Below, piece after piece: positions 12,762 to 25,942 of a stretch of DNA of 64,000 nt. The notes beneath the pieces were generated by a model, which saw nothing but the letters and a program-made list of their open reading frames with translations, was not told the DNA's origin and ran no database searches. This stretch comes from Octopus bimaculoides (Eukaryota). The number at the start of each line of letters is the position of its first letter. The stretch's first letter is position 1. The position numbers and the translations under genes are program-made. The DNA lies in NCBI RefSeq assembly GCF_001194135.2, contig NC_068986.1, positions 72,846,383 to 72,910,382 on the forward strand, given 5' to 3'.

Positions 12762-12961
12762 GTAAATAATAAACCGAACTTTTCTATGTTAAAATTGCTT
12801 GCAAATCAATCGTTGCTGTTGCTGTCAAAATAGGTGTTATTGTCGTTCTGGCTGTTTATCACACTTGATAGAAAACGGAGAAAAAAACTGTCACACATTA
12901 CCCAACAGATACAAACACGTAAACACATTGATGTGCGTCTCTCTTTCCCTCTCTCTCTTTC

Positions 12962-12998
<37 letters not shown>

Positions 12999-13924
12999 AT
13001 ACACATACATACATACATATACATATATATGTATGTATGTATATATATATACACACATATACATTCATATATACATCTATAAATATATAGTTTTAGAGAA
13101 AAGAACCAAGGTTCATGAACTCATCGATGAAAATCCACTTGGATTTTTATCCCTTATATTATTGTTATATACATATATATATATATATATATGTACACAC
13201 ACACAATCACCACATGTATATACATATACACACACACATATATGTATGTATATTATACAAATATATGCATAATTTTCATTCTTTCAAGTGTTAGTGTACC
13301 TTAAATGAATAAATAATTTTAAGCAATAATCTTACTAAGGGACAAGAGCGTGAAATCTGTCTCATTCTACTCTCTTTTTTAATGCCTATCCATGCCCACC
13401 ACCTCTGTCAAAGGCATACATAATATGCTTGCTCCCTTAACAACTAGCATTACTATCTCTACCTTACATGTATGATGTGTGGATATATTTCCTTGTCACC
13501 ACAAGCTTATGTATCGGTGATGTATGTGACCCATAGAGGCCCTAAGCACTTAAAAATTTTTGGTGTCCCCCACACATATGTAATTCAAAATATAATCAAT
13601 AGTAAACCGTAAATAAATATTTCTTTTTCAAAGGGAAACAAAACTAACATTAAGATAGAAAATAATGTTTTATTTTCCTATACTTTCACTTTAGGTATAT
13701 TTGAAGTTTTCTCCTACATTTTTAATGGCAGTCTTTGATCAAAACCTGACTATGGCACCATGAACTTTTCTGATAATATAAGCCACTTTGAATATTATTT
13801 TAGCAAGTTTAAAGTTATTTCTTTTATACCATAAACCATTTACCATTTCTTTGGTACCCCAGCTTCTCTTGATGTCCTAAGCACATGCTTATTTTGCTTA
13901 ATGATTAATCCAGTGAAGGTGCAG

Positions 13925-14250
13925 CCATGCTGGAGCACTGCCTTTATTCTTTATAAGCCTAGTACTTATTCTATCGGTCTCTTTTGCCGAACATAAACAC
14001 ACCAGCATCAGTTGTCAAGCAATGCTATGGGGACAAACACAGACACACAAACACACACACACATATATATACATATATACGACGGGCTTCTTTCAGTTTC
14101 CGTCTACCAAATCCACTCACAAGGCTTTGGTCGGCCCGAGGCTATAGTAGAAGACACTTGCCCAAGGTGCCACGCAGTGGGACTGAACCCGGAATCATGT
14201 GGTTGGTAAGCAAGCTACTTACCACACAGCCACTCCTGTGCCTATGTATA
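13925..14250 (-). mobile_element. Major-family tRNA SINE
   Basis: Reverse-complement match to 3291-3697. Confidence 0.85.
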
Positions 14251-14460
14251 TATGNNNNNNNNNNNNNNNNNNNNNNNNNNNNNNNNNNNNNNNNNNNNNN
14301 NNNNNNNNNNNNNNNNNNNNNNNNNNNNNNNNNNNNNNNNNNNNNNNNNNNNNNNNNNNNNNNNNNNNNNNNNNNNNNNNNNNNNNNNNNNNNNNNNNNN
14401 NNNNNNNNNNNNNNNNNNNNNNNNNNNNNNNNNNNNNNNNNNNNNNNNNNNNNNNNNNNN

Positions 14461-14505
<45 letters not shown>

Positions 14506-14514
14506 ATGTATATG

Positions 14515-14554
<40 letters not shown>

Positions 14555-14559
14555 ATCGT

Positions 14560-15452
14560 AATAGTGGCCGATGTCAGTGTCATGTAACTAGCACCCATGT
14601 CACTGGCACATAAAAACTACCTTTCGAGCATTTGGCCTCATGGAGGCAATGACAAATGACCGAGACCTTTGGCAATATGCCATGCTTGAGAAGAAAACCC
14701 ATCAGGCCAAGTCAAATTGTAGCCATGGCAGATACTGGTGGCACCCATGCAGGTGACACATAAAAGCACCCATTACACTCTCGAAGTGGTTGCTGTTAGG
14801 AAGGGCATCCAGCCATAGAAACCATGCCGAACCAGACTGGAGGTGCAGTCCCTCAGCTTACCAGCCCTGGTCAAACCATCCAACCCAAGCCAGCATGGAC
14901 AATGGATGTTAAATGATGATTATGATATATATATATTTGTATTTTAATATATACACACACATATATATATCACAGGCTTCTTCCAGTTTCCATTTGCCAA
15001 ATGCACTCACAAGGCTTTGTTCAGTCAGGGCTTACAGTAGAAGACACTTGCACAAGGTTCTGTGTTGTGAGAGTGAACCTGAGATCACAAGGTTCTAAAG
15101 CAAGTTTCTTAACCATACAGCTATATATATATATATATGAGCGTGGCCGTTGCCAGTACCGCCTGACTGGCTCCTGTAGGATTTTCGAGCGAGATCGTTG
15201 CCAGTGCCCCTGGACTGGCTTGTGCGGGTGGCACATAAAAGACACCATTTCGAGCGTGGCCGTTTTCGTGCGGGTGACACGTAAAAGCACCCACTACACT
15301 CTCTGAGTGGTTGGCGTTAGGAAGGGCATCCAGCTGTAGAAACTCTGCCAAATCAGACTGGAGCCTGGTGTTGCCATCCGGTTTCACCAGTCCTCAGTCA
15401 AATCGTCCAACCCATGCTAGCATGGAAAGCGGACGTTAAACGATGATGATGA
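14560..15452. mobile_element. Cluster: two RTE-3'-derived repeats (+) and a partial major SINE (-)
   Basis: Core motifs at ~14790-14915 and ~15300-15450; SINE fragment at ~14975-15120. Confidence 0.75.
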
Positions 15453-15659
15453 TATATATATATCTAAAGCACAGTTTGGTCAACCATCTAAGAAGTTTGC
15501 ATTGTAATCACAAGAGTACAAGTTTGATCCCACTGCATGGTGTCTCAGATAAGTGCCATTTTCTATAACCTTGAGTCAACTTGTACCTTACAAGTGAAAT
15601 TGCATTTTCCTGTAGCTTTCTTGTACAAATTAACATGTTGATTGTTTGTCTAATAATGT

Positions 15660-15980
15660 AGCAGTTCTCAAATATTTTTTTGCTTATGGACCCCTTTGAT
15701 AACTATTTTACTCAGGGGAACCCCCAAAGCCATTCAATGCTTAAAAACTAGTTTAATAGATACTTCTTTCAAAATTCCTAGTTTCTTTTTCACGCGTTCA
15801 CTTGTGTAGGTTTGCAATAACACTCTCTGTGAGAACATGTTTCAGTGGTTGGAAACATGTTAAACTATGTAAAACGTTAGAAAAACAGCCTAAAATTTCT
15901 TTCATAAATTCATAAAGTACTACTGTGGATCCTCAATTTTGGACCCTCAGAGGTCATATAGACCCTAGTTCAGAACCACT
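15660..15980. mobile_element. hAT-like MITE (CAGTGGTTCTCAA-type ends)
   Basis: Same family as 55690-56019; ends GCAGTTCTCAA and CAGAACCACT. Confidence 0.6.
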
Positions 15981-16324
15981 CACTTAGTGGCTCACTGAGA
16001 TTTCACCAACATCTTCTCTGAGATAACTCAGAGAACTAAGAGACAGTATAACAGTTTTCTGGCTGTCAAAAAGATGAAAACATTGAAATTACCTGGAACT
16101 TATCGAAAATGGTGACCAATCTTTAAGAACAAGATTATTCAACTTCATTCTTAAAATGTAGGAAACTCAAACAGTACCTATAGATCTAAAGGATATTCTC
16201 ATTGTTACAATTTTTAAGTAAAGAGATCATAGCACTTGTGGAAACAATCATGGCATATTTCATTTCTTCATCCAAGAAATCTTTACCAAAAATATATATT
16301 ATATATATCATTTATACAATCTAT

Positions 16325-16356
<32 letters not shown>

Positions 16357-17829
16357 ACAATATATAATATATGTATATAATAGGCACAGGCATGGCTGTG
16401 TGGCTAAGAAATTCATATCCTAACTACATCGTTTCAGGTTCAGCGCCACTACATGGCACCTTAGGCAAGCGTCTTCTTCTATAGCTCCAAGTCAACTAAA
16501 GCCTTGTGAAACTGAAAGAAGCCTGCTGTATGTGTGTGTGTGTGTGTGTGTATGCTTGTGTATGTATGTGTGTGTGCTTTTATGTGTGTACGTGTATGCA
16601 TTATATATCTACACTTCTATCTATCCTTATTTAGAGCTGAGGGTTTACCAATCTAGAAGTGAAACAATAAGTAGGAAATTGTTTTTATTCAGAGTGGATA
16701 AAACACAGGAAATTTTTATCTAGGGTCAATAAGACATGGGAAATAAACCAAGATATCATTGGAAAGAAAGTCTGTTTGAAATTGCATAGAAGTGCTTACT
16801 CTAAGATGAATATAAGTCTAAACCTATAACAAACAAAGGTCAAGAGGAGTCTCTCTTCATGGAACTAATCAAGGATCCAGTTGTAGGGACTAATGCCAAA
16901 TGAGAAAGAACTGCAAAGCATAGTATTAACTGGTCTGATAGTTGAAATATAAGTACACGCACCACAACAATATTCCAAAATCTTTGGTTCCAAAGCCTTT
17001 TCAGATTACTAATTTTTCTGAACTAGGAATGCTCACCTTGGTCAACACACTGTTAATTAAACAGATATTCAATTTAATATAAAAGCTACTAGTAGGTACC
17101 AATAAACTAGTCTGGTAGCTGTAGGAATTTAAAGTTCCTGCTTATATATTAGTGTGGATTAAAAGGGGTCCCAGACCATCAGTGTCTGTAAAACCAGTGT
17201 TGTATACATGTATTTGGGATAAAATTTCTCAATAGCTCAAGAGATGCAGTTGATTGAATAAACCTTAGAATGAACTCTGTACGACTCACAGCATGTAAAA
17301 ATGCCTTACATTGACTTACATTGAAGAAAGAAAGTCTGACTTGAATTGAGTTGAAGGTATTGACAAGGATGTGTGTTATAAAGAAGATCAACTGATATGA
17401 AGAGGTGGATAAAAGAGGTTGTGGATTATTTGTGTAAGATATTCACTCCAGAGAAAAATCAATCAAGGATTTATTTTGCAATTTGTGCTCATTAAGGGTG
17501 GGGGAAGAAAAACAGATGTAAATAGTAAAAATAATGATAATAGTGATGATGATGATACTATCATTACAACATGGCAACCCATAGAACCTATACTGGAATG
17601 GGTTGCATGAGTTGCAATAGTCTGAGTTAGTTCATATTCAGTGTTACTGCTCTCAGAGATATGTCAGAGGATTATGCCGTTCAATATGCTCTATTATGGC
17701 ATGATTTCTATTACTTCTTATTACCATTTCATAAGTGCATTTTATCATGGCACCAGCACTAGAGAGATGGCCTTGTCTCCTGCAAGACTAAAGTGTTTTC
17801 TCTACTCTGTATTACAGTTCAAAAGGTAA

Positions 17830-18300
17830 ATATGACTGAAAGGATGGATAGAGGAGGAAGTGATAACTAAGAAGATGAAAGAAGAGTGTCGGTGTGAAAT
17901 AGTGATGGTAGTGAAAGGATGACAGAGGTGTGAGTAATGCAAGAAAATTATGATTGAAAAACAACATGAATGGCATGATGGGATAACAATAAATATGGCT
18001 TGTGATAAGAATGAGTGATAGGGTATTGTAAGATATCAATGGAGAATTACATCAAGGAAAAATAGCTTAGAGTGGTAGAGGGATAAAGATGTAATAGGGG
18101 TGACGATAGTTTGAATATAGAGGGATCAAATCAAATGCTGTTCCTAAATACGTAGGCAGTGTGTAGTGAATAAGCAATTGGGTAATGAAGAATGCAGTAG
18201 ATGGAGATTTAACGAGGGAGAAATCCAATACAAATATCTTATACACCCCAACTTCCATTGCCACCATCATTTTTATGTTTGCCATGCTTGCATTTTTGAG
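17830..18300 (-). mobile_element. Degenerate LINE endonuclease-region remnant
   Basis: Minus-strand translation MEVGVYKIFVLDF...LLIHYTLPTYLGT resembles the APE GGGVxxY motif; heavily decayed. Confidence 0.35.
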
Positions 18301-18450
18301 CTGGTCTTCTCTAGCATTGCATATCACCATTCATCACAGTTTTATATATGTGTGTATACATGTAATAAAAACACACAAACACAAGATGCTTTATTTTGAG
18401 GTGTGTAACATTAGGAAAAAAAAACTGCAAGAATTGATCTTTAACCTTTT

Positions 18451-18850
18451 AGGCACAGGTGTGGCTGTGTGGTAAGAAGCTTACTTCCTAACCACATAGT
18501 TCCACGTTCAGTTACACTATGTGTCACCTTGGGCAAGTGTCTTCTACTATAGCCTCGGGCTGACCAAAAACTTGTGATTGGATTTTGTAGAGAGAAACTG
18601 AAAGAAGCTTGTCATATATATGTATAATGTGTGTGTGTGTGAGTTTGTCCCCCCACCACTGATTGACAACTGGTGCTGGTGTATTTACGTCCCCATAACT
18701 TAGCAGTTTGGCAAAAGAGACTGATAGAATAAGTACCAGACTTTTAAAAAGTAAGTACTGGGGCTGATACATTTGACTAAAAAAAAATTCTTCAAGGTGG
18801 TGCCCCAGCATGGCTGCAGTCTAATTACTGAAACAATTAAAGATAAAAGG
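18451..18850 (+). mobile_element. Major-family tRNA SINE
   Basis: Colinear match to 3291-3697. Confidence 0.85.
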
Positions 18851-19119
18851 TAAATCCTTTTGCATTCAGATTGCTCTGTCAAATGTAATGTTTATTTATT
18901 TACATTGTTTTGAATTCATCATGCATTAACTTTTAGCTTTGAGATTTCAGTGTGATTGTTTACTTTTACTATGATAATGTATGGTAGGTGTAAGAGACTG
19001 GACTTGGCCAGTTTGAGCGTAAAAACAAATAGAATATTTTGGCCAGATATTGCCAGTTTAAATGTTCAAAGGTTAAATGTATAGTGGCGGAACAATTTAA
19101 GTATTTAGCCATGAGTTAA

Positions 19120-19339
19120 CCCTTTAGCATTTAAATTAGCCATATCAGGCCAAAATATTCTACTAGTTGTATGTTCAAACCAGCCAGATCCAGTCTCTCA
19201 TACTTACCCTACAATGTCATTCTTAAAATAATCAATCACATCATCGAAATATCAAAGCTACAAGATAATAGATGACAAATCCAAAACAATATCAATAAAT
19301 AAGCATTACATTTAACAAAGAAATCTGATTGCTAAAGGG
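19120..19339 (-). mobile_element. piggyBac-type MITE, intact
   Basis: TTAA|CCCTTTAGCA...TGCTAAAGGG|TTAA. Confidence 0.85.
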
Positions 19340-20852
19340 TTAATAGTTTATACTTTCACACTGTCCAATATCTTGAGCACAGAATATTCATTTTTATATT
19401 TATCTGAGCCTATTTTGATAACAGATAGGTGCTGTTCCTATTTCACAGACTGATTAGCATTACAAACACTTTCTAACCAGTTTTCAATTTTCAGACTTCA
19501 TTCAAAATATCGGAATTTACAAAACTATCCCTGAATCATACCACAAATTATTTAGATTGCTAAAAATATCCTACCAATGTCAATTTAGTAAAAGGCAACT
19601 TGAAATACACACATGCGCGCACGTGTGCACACAAACACACACACACACACACAGGTACTGTAACATGTATTGCTGTACAAACATACAGGTACATTCTTTT
19701 AGATTTATAATTACAGTGTTCACAAACTATTCAACTTGACTGACCACTGGAATGATAAGATTTTGTTCCAATTTGCTGGTTTTTCTGATTTTCTTTTTTA
19801 ATTCATCTAAATATGTGATAAACTGACCTAATTGTGTATGTATAGAGGTGAGATGTATTCAGAGTAGTGATGTGTTTAAGAAAGTGAAGAAAGTAAACCA
19901 ATTGGTACATTAGATTATACAATGTCATTTAATATTCACAGAAGTTTAAATAAGTCAATACAGATGGTAGAAAGCCAGACTGTATATTATCTAACTATAA
20001 ACCTTACATATCTAAATTAAAATCCTTGAGTGGGATGGGCTAGGGGGAATGGGGTCATCTCGTCTTTCTTCTTTTCAAAGTCATTTAAATAGTACAAGTA
20101 TAGATTTCATTCAATTATTCCTGATTCCATTTGAAAAGTGACTTTGTGATTAAATAAATTGTTAAATCAACAGATATTTTGTTGTATCTTGGGAGAGCTG
20201 TTTTGCCCAAAGAAACACATAGTGGTTGTATTTCACTTCTTTGTAACTGATTCTGTCAACTCGCCGTGTTAGTTGACTAATAATAATAAAAAGAAGTGAA
20301 ACAGAATCAGTACATGTGCTTCTTATTGACAAAATGATCCTCCCAAAAACATAACAACACATGTTTCCACATGAAGAATCTTATAAAATAAATACAAAAA
20401 CAAAATAACAGTAATTTCCATTTAAGAATGTTTTTCCTAGTAACAAACTTTGCCTTTAATTATGTAGTGTTGCTTTATGTGACTGACCAATTTTTACTTA
20501 GGCCTTATTTGTATAAGCATTGAAAGTCAGACATATTAAATATACAAACTATTTGAGTATGGTATGTTTCTGAATATTCATAACATTATGCAGTGGTGGT
20601 GCTATAGATTATCTCCAGCAACATGTCTGGATAATGACCTAACCAAACATTAAGCAGCTAAAATGCTACTTGTTCACACATTTGGAGAGAAGCCAACATT
20701 AATTATTTAGCTGATACCTTTCAAGTTTTTATTCAAATATTGTCTGTACATGGAAATCTGATGAAAACAAAAGAAAGAACAAAAAATGATATATATTATT
20801 GAAAATAATCACTGCTATATGAATATGTTAATTTTGTTTTATTTATTTGTAG

Positions 20853-21443
20853 CATTGGACCACAAAGACACTATTCTTTGGGACAACTATAAAGATTCTA
20901 TTGCATATCTGTATGAATACCTCCTCCAGCTATTAAGGGATAAATTTTACTTGGAGAACCAAAATGAGTTTCAAAGAAGGATTGACTTTCTCGGCCATGT
21001 TCACACTTATTTATCAAATCCTGGAAATTTCAAATATGTAACTCTCTCAGCTTCATTCATTCATTATACAATCTCAGTTATAATTGAAACTATACACATT
21101 ATAGTTTGCCTAAATATAAGCAAAAAAGCTTTAAACTCTGGAATTATTCCGGTCAGTTGCGGAACACACTATCAAATGAAAAATTTGCTTTCAATGGCCA
21201 AAGATTTAGAGGAGCGTGTCTTTCACTTGGAGAAGTCTGTTGAAAAAGTTTGTTGCAAAACAAACACAGCATCAAATCTTCAGTCGTTATCCAAAATCAT
21301 GGAGCAAATCAAAAACATTAAATCAATTTCCAAATATTTGTTGAAGTCATCTATTCACTTAGCTGATATTTTAACAAAGAAAGTTGATAGTAAATTACGG
21401 TATTTTGACTGGATGTCACTCACTGTTTCTGTTCTCTGTGTAG
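20853..21443 (+). CDS. Uncharacterised protein, exon 2 (591 bp)
   Basis: Open frame of 197 codons within ORF 20786-21451. Acceptor TTTTATTTATTTGTAG, donor TAG|GTAAGT, phase 1 at both ends. Confidence 0.85.
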
Positions 21444-21749
21444 GTAAGTAAATTAACTTCACTTTTGGTTATTTTTGTAATTTGACCATCTCATTTGTCA
21501 TACTGGATTACATTAACCAATGTGTCTTTCCTTTTTCAAGACAGCAGAGTAAGGTTTGAGGGAGATTTGGTTGCTACTTTTAACAAGTTAAATAATTCCT
21601 TATAGTGTCTTTTGTTAGACTGTATGACCAGACATTAAAATAATTGGAGCAGTTATCCAATGGTAGGGAGAAATTAAATCACAGAAGATAGTGTGCCATT
21701 TAAGATGGAACTAGCTGTGAAAATTGAGTCCAAAAAAGAGATTGTATGA

Positions 21750-22330
21750 TTTATGTCACAAATTCAGTAGTAAAATATTTGTAGCTTTAATAAAAAAAAA
21801 AATATTTTCTTGTGAGAGGAAGTTGAAATTGATGTGTAGCCACCAAGTCAACCTTGAACATTGCCTGTAAGTTGGATGACTGGGTAAAGAAATATTTAGA
21901 GAGAGAAATAGTTTGAGTGGATCTAAATATGTTAAAAACTGACAAATGATAGAGACACATCTAGAGATGGTTTGAATGTCTTTTTCAAGAAAGTACAAAC
22001 AGATTTTCTATCAATATAAATGTTATGAAAATAAGAGAAGTTTGATACGAATATAGAAAATATTTAATTGCTGGAGAACAAACTGAAAGACAATGTGAAA
22101 TATGAGCTTCAGAGACAGGATTGGGGAAGGTTGTGTATAGCAGAAATATTAGTTTAGGAAAAGAATCAATGGCATTTGGTTTGGACAAGTAATGTATGGA
22201 CAACAGATATGTTGAGTTATAAATAGCAATGAGTTAGCAATAGAGATTTGAAAGTGCAGGATTATTGAGAGAGATTAGAAGATATAGTCATGTCGAGATA
22301 TTAAAAGGTACAAGAGTATGGTATATATGT
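21750..22330 (-). mobile_element. Degenerate CR1-like LINE remnant (pre-RT region)
   Basis: Fragmentary translation KPNAIDSFPKLIFL... and IQTISRCVSIICQF resembles the SPGPDGI and YRPISL..I.SK regions; many stops. Confidence 0.45.
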
Positions 22331-22736
22331 CTGATGATGAACTGTTGTTAGTTATCTCAGAGATTAGATGCAGGAGTAGCCAAAAGAAAATTTATAAATA
22401 TTTGATATGTTTAGATATATTGTTTAGCCCCAAATCAGGTCTGATCAAGAAAACTTATGATTAGAGATATTCCAGCCATGACCATCTCATTTGTCATACT
22501 GGATTACATTAACCAATGTGTCTTTCCTTTTTCAAGACAGCAAAGTAAGGTTTGAGGGAGATTTGGTTGCCACTTTCAACAAGTTAAATAATTCCTTACA
22601 GTGTCTTTTGTTAGACTGTATGACCAGGCATTAAAATAATTGAAAATACAACATAGGATTAAGTTGACTGGAGTTATAGATGTTCTGCAGAATTCATGTC
22701 AGTATGTAAAGATAAAAGTAACTGTGAAACAGTTTG

Positions 22737-22940
22737 TTACTGTATTTTCTGGCATATAACTCAATGTAGCATATAATATAAACATTCAAACATTGTCACT
22801 ATCTTTCCAAATCCTGCTGCATTTCACAAGGAAGTTTTGGTCCTTCAAAGTCATCTTAGTGTGTAAATCAACCTTACCTTTTTGGGGACTGTAAATTTTA
22901 GCCTGAAAAATTTGACTTGTATGTTGGAAAATACAGTAAA
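22737..22940. mobile_element. Tc1/pogo-like MITE
   Basis: Inverted ends TTACTGTATTTTC / GAAAATACAGTAA. Confidence 0.55.
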
Positions 22941-23032
22941 TATTTCATTTTTTAAAGCAAATTATTAATTGCTATAAATAATCTACTAAATGGTCTGTTT
23001 TTTTCCCTTAAAATTTTTTTTTTAATTTTCAG

Positions 23033-23241
23033 GTCAAATAATTCATTCTCTGGTAATAAAGAAAGGCAACACAGATTTAAGTCAACTATGTCTCTGGTTT
23101 ACATGTGTAGGATCATCTGCTGTGGTTGTGCAGCTCCCTCGTATGCAATTTGGCATCATACGAAGTATTTTCACCCATCATACGAATGAATACAACAAAT
23201 TATCAAAACTGTTTCAATTAGAAGTCAAGAAGAAACTTTGA
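23033..23241 (+). CDS. Uncharacterised protein, terminal exon (GQIIHSLVIKKG...LEVKKKL*)
   Basis: Acceptor TTTTTTAATTTTCAG. Phase 1 continues the exon 2 frame for 68 codons to TGA at 23239-23241. Confidence 0.85.
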
Positions 23242-23533
23242 AAAATTGGTACCTTTTAAAAAAGACACTATTTAATAGCTGGAAATTTATATTTATATGT
23301 GTACATGTGCATACATATATATGACTAGATGTGTATANNNNNNNNNNNNNNNNNNNNNNNNNNNNNNNNNNNNNNNNNNNNNNNNNNNNNNNNNNNNNNN
23401 NNNNNNNNNNNNNNNNNNNNNNNNNNNNNNNNNNNNNNNNNNNNNNNNNNNNNNNNNNNNNNNNNNNNNNNNNNNNNNNATATATATATTTATATATATA
23501 TATATATATTTATATATAATGTGCACATGTATG

Positions 23534-23564
<31 letters not shown>

Positions 23565-23731
23565 TTATATATTTGTTATGCAAGATTCTTGATATGAAAT
23601 TGCATGTTGAAATCAGATATTGTTATACTTGGGGATGGTCAATTTTGGCCATTAAATACACGCACTATATATTTAGTCTTCATTTCAGCTTTATTATTAT
23701 TATTTTTATTTTAGTTTCTTTCATCACTCAT

Positions 23732-23821
23732 CCTGTGACCCCTTCAGCGACTCTCTATTCCACATGTCTCCTCTAAGACAAGAGGAGATGTGGGATAGAG
23801 AGTCACTGAAGAGGTCACAGG
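23732..23821 (+). other. ~41-bp-stem hairpin in the presumed 3' UTR
   Basis: Arms 23732-23774 and 23781-23821; loop AAGACA. Confidence 0.8.
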
Positions 23822-24941
23822 TTGTGTGATGCGACAAATTTTTCTGCTTTTAAAAAGAAAAATGGATTTTATCCTTTATATCTATACTGTTCAGTAGCTA
23901 TGCGTTGAATAAAATTTATCTTTCTACTTGTTCAACCATACATTTCAGCACTTCGAAAAACAAACTTGTTTATTTACATACGACATAATAATAGTAATAA
24001 TAATAATAATAATAATAATACAGCTGAAGTGAAGACCAAATATATAGTGTGTGTATTTAAGTGGCAAAATATGACCCCCCCCCCACCCAAGTATAACAGT
24101 AATATATATTTATATGCATACAATATTACTTCATTATTCTGCTGTTGTAAGTAATGTCAGCAGAAACTGTTATTTCATACCAAAAATACTGCCATTTCTA
24201 TACTGCCAGTCACTACTCCCTCTGTTCTTCATTCTTATCATCATCACCCCAGCTTATAATTAAAGCCAACCAACCCCTGTTCAATATCCTCTACATTCAT
24301 TTATTATGTACATTTAATCACACCCACCCAATGTTTATATCCTTCTCCCACTCTCCTTTCACATTCTTGCAACCTTACCCATCCTCCCTGATTTTTCTAT
24401 ACTCATGCTCTTTTCTATTCACCTCTTTGGACATGTTAACTTAAGGAGGATACATTCTGGTACCTTGTCACATACATAATTCCCTTTTTTCAAGTACTAC
24501 TCCATCCAACCTCATCCATCCATGTAAAGTGCAAGGTAACCATGAGTCTCCTCCACAATAACAAACCTATTACTGCTCCTCCCATCATACTTTTCAACAC
24601 GTCTCATAAAATGACCACCCTGTATCCTCTTCTCCATTTATATCAAAGAAGCACTTTGGTCTTGCAAGTTGCAGGCCAACATTACTAGCGTCATCGCCAT
24701 GAATAAAACACCCAGTGCAATCAATATGATTGGTGTTAAGAAAAGCATCCAGCTTTAGAAACCAAGCCAAAACTGAGACACTAGAGCAAGATATGGTTGA
24801 TCCTCTGATCATGCTCAAACATCCAACCCATAACAATATGGAAAGTAGGCATAAAAGATGAGGATGATGATATACACACACATATATATGTGTGTATATG
24901 TATATACACACGTATATATATATGTATATGTATATACACAC

Positions 24942-24984
<43 letters not shown>

Positions 24985-25057
24985 TACACACACACACACA
25001 TGCATGCCCATACAGTCAATAACACATCTGTATCCACACATCTCATATATATGTGTG

Positions 25058-25322
25058 TATGGATAATAATAAATGGAGCAAAACGCATGTCAATAAAAGT
25101 TCCATTAATTCCTACACATGTTTCGAAATAAATGAGAGTACTTTCACAAAGAAGAAAGAGCTGTTGGGGCTCCTCATTTATTTCTCTTCAGGGAGTTCAT
25201 AATAAAACATGTAATAGCAAGACAAAAACAAAATGATGGGGTAACTTACGAGCAGAGATGTTACATGGTCAGTGACCGTTCTTTTATTGACATGTGTTTT
25301 GCTCCATTTATTATTATCCATA
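25058..25322. mobile_element. MITE with ~42-bp TIRs and TA ends
   Basis: TATGGATAATAATAAATGGAGCAAAACGCATGTCAATAAAAG versus its near-perfect reverse complement ending at 25322. Confidence 0.8.
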
Positions 25323-25680
25323 TCTTCTCAAAATGTATCACTTTAACTTGGTATCTCTACCTGTAAAACGGCTGTGATATCTTGTTTTTTAGTGTAATTT
25401 TGTTACCTCTGGTAACTATTAACGTATTTAAATTATCGAAAGTTTTAATAACTGAGATAATATTTANNNNNNNNNNNNNNNNNNNNNNNNNNNNNNNNNN
25501 NNNNNNNNNNNNNNNNNNNNNNNNNNNNNNNNNNNNNNNNNNNNNNNNNNNNNNNNNNNNNNNNNNNNNNNNNNNNNNNNNNNNNNNNNNNNTATATATA
25601 TATATATATATATATGTAATCATTTGTAGAAAACAAATCCGAAAGAAGAAGCACACTAAGATGTAGAGCCATATATATCA

Positions 25681-25942
25681 AAAATGGGGAAGGCCAGTTT
25701 ATGGGATTACCTTAGGTTTCCTGACCATAAAGGCTCATAGCTTATAGCTTTATGGCATATCCCAAAAACCTGTTGGCTCAAGACCTCTTAAAAATCTCCT
25801 CTTTTCAGCTACTCCACTAAGAATATAACTATCCTGTGTCTTGGGCCAATAGGTTTTTGGGATCTGATGATACGCCATAAAGCTAAACCCTTTATGGATG
25901 GGAAACCTATGGTAACCCCATAAACCAGCCTTCCCCGTTTTT
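25681..25942. mobile_element. Foldback (almost fully palindromic) MITE
   Basis: AAAATGGGGAAGGCCAGTTTATGGG...CCCATAAACCAGCCTTCCCCGTTTT; inner arms CCCAAAAACCTGTTGGCTCAAGAC / GTCTTGGGCCAATAGGTTTTTGGG. Confidence 0.8.

Noticed and set aside
20162-20400. Minus-strand 66-aa ORF with an upstream acceptor-like site
   Set aside because: Its phase is incompatible with the 28250 candidate, it is antisense within another gene's intron, and it has no homology.
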